Position numbers and translations under genes: made by a program. From the NCBI RefSeq assembly GCF_009914755.1, contig NC_060942.1: a stretch of 64,000 nt of DNA. One strand, 5' to 3'. The notes under the pieces are model-generated. The model had not been told where the DNA came from. It saw only the letters and a program-made list of their open reading frames with translations, and ran no database searches. The stretch comes from the human T2T-CHM13v2.0 reference genome, Homo sapiens. Below, piece after piece: positions 63,840 through 64,000 of the stretch (position 1 is the first letter of the stretch; each line of letters starts with the position of its first letter).

Positions 63840-64000
63840 AATGTTAAGAGTTGCCTTTAGTTAACTGAATGCTCATAGCAACTTTATTTGCAGTAGCCAC
63901 AAGTTGGAAACCATACAAATGTTCTTCAGTGGGTGAAGGTGAAATAAACTATGTAAATTTATGAAATGGAATACTACTCAGCAATGAAAAGGAAGGAAAT
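63840..64000 (+). mobile_element. L1ME 3' fragment
   Basis: GAATGCTCATAGCAACTTTATTTGCAGTAGCC...ATGGAATACTACTCAGCAATGAAAAGGAA. Confidence 0.6.

Overview
Primate (human-like) AT-rich intronic DNA, mostly made of transposable elements. The only host coding sequence I can support is a 108-nt, frame-preserving exon at 15190-15297 (+). From memory of the protein, I read it as a cassette exon of KIAA1328 (hinderin). All long ORFs in the track are LINE-1 ORF1/ORF2 remnants, antisense L1 frames or Alu-derived. The window holds three near-complete primate L1s: an L1PA3-like 5'-inverted element (5466-10579), an L1PA4-like 5'-inverted element (27152-33006) nested in a full-length L1MA, and a full-length L1PA5-like element (42628-48727) nested in an ERVL provirus. 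It also holds about 17 Alus and DNA-transposon, MIR, L2 and CR1 relics. The most unusual signal is that the three independently inserted L1s, from different subfamilies and each with its own target-site duplication (TSD), share more than 15 non-consensus substitutions in a pairwise patchwork. This suggests recurrent local L1-to-L1 gene conversion, though an assembly artefact must be excluded. Other notable items: four twin-primed (5'-inverted) L1s within 36 kb; an inversion placing the L1 antisense promoter and an open ORF0 directly upstream of sense ORF2; a microhomology-flanked inverted templated insertion (2960-3032); and a perfect 28-bp palindrome. I found no new protein-coding system. Subfamily labels come from recalled consensus sequences, not a database search.
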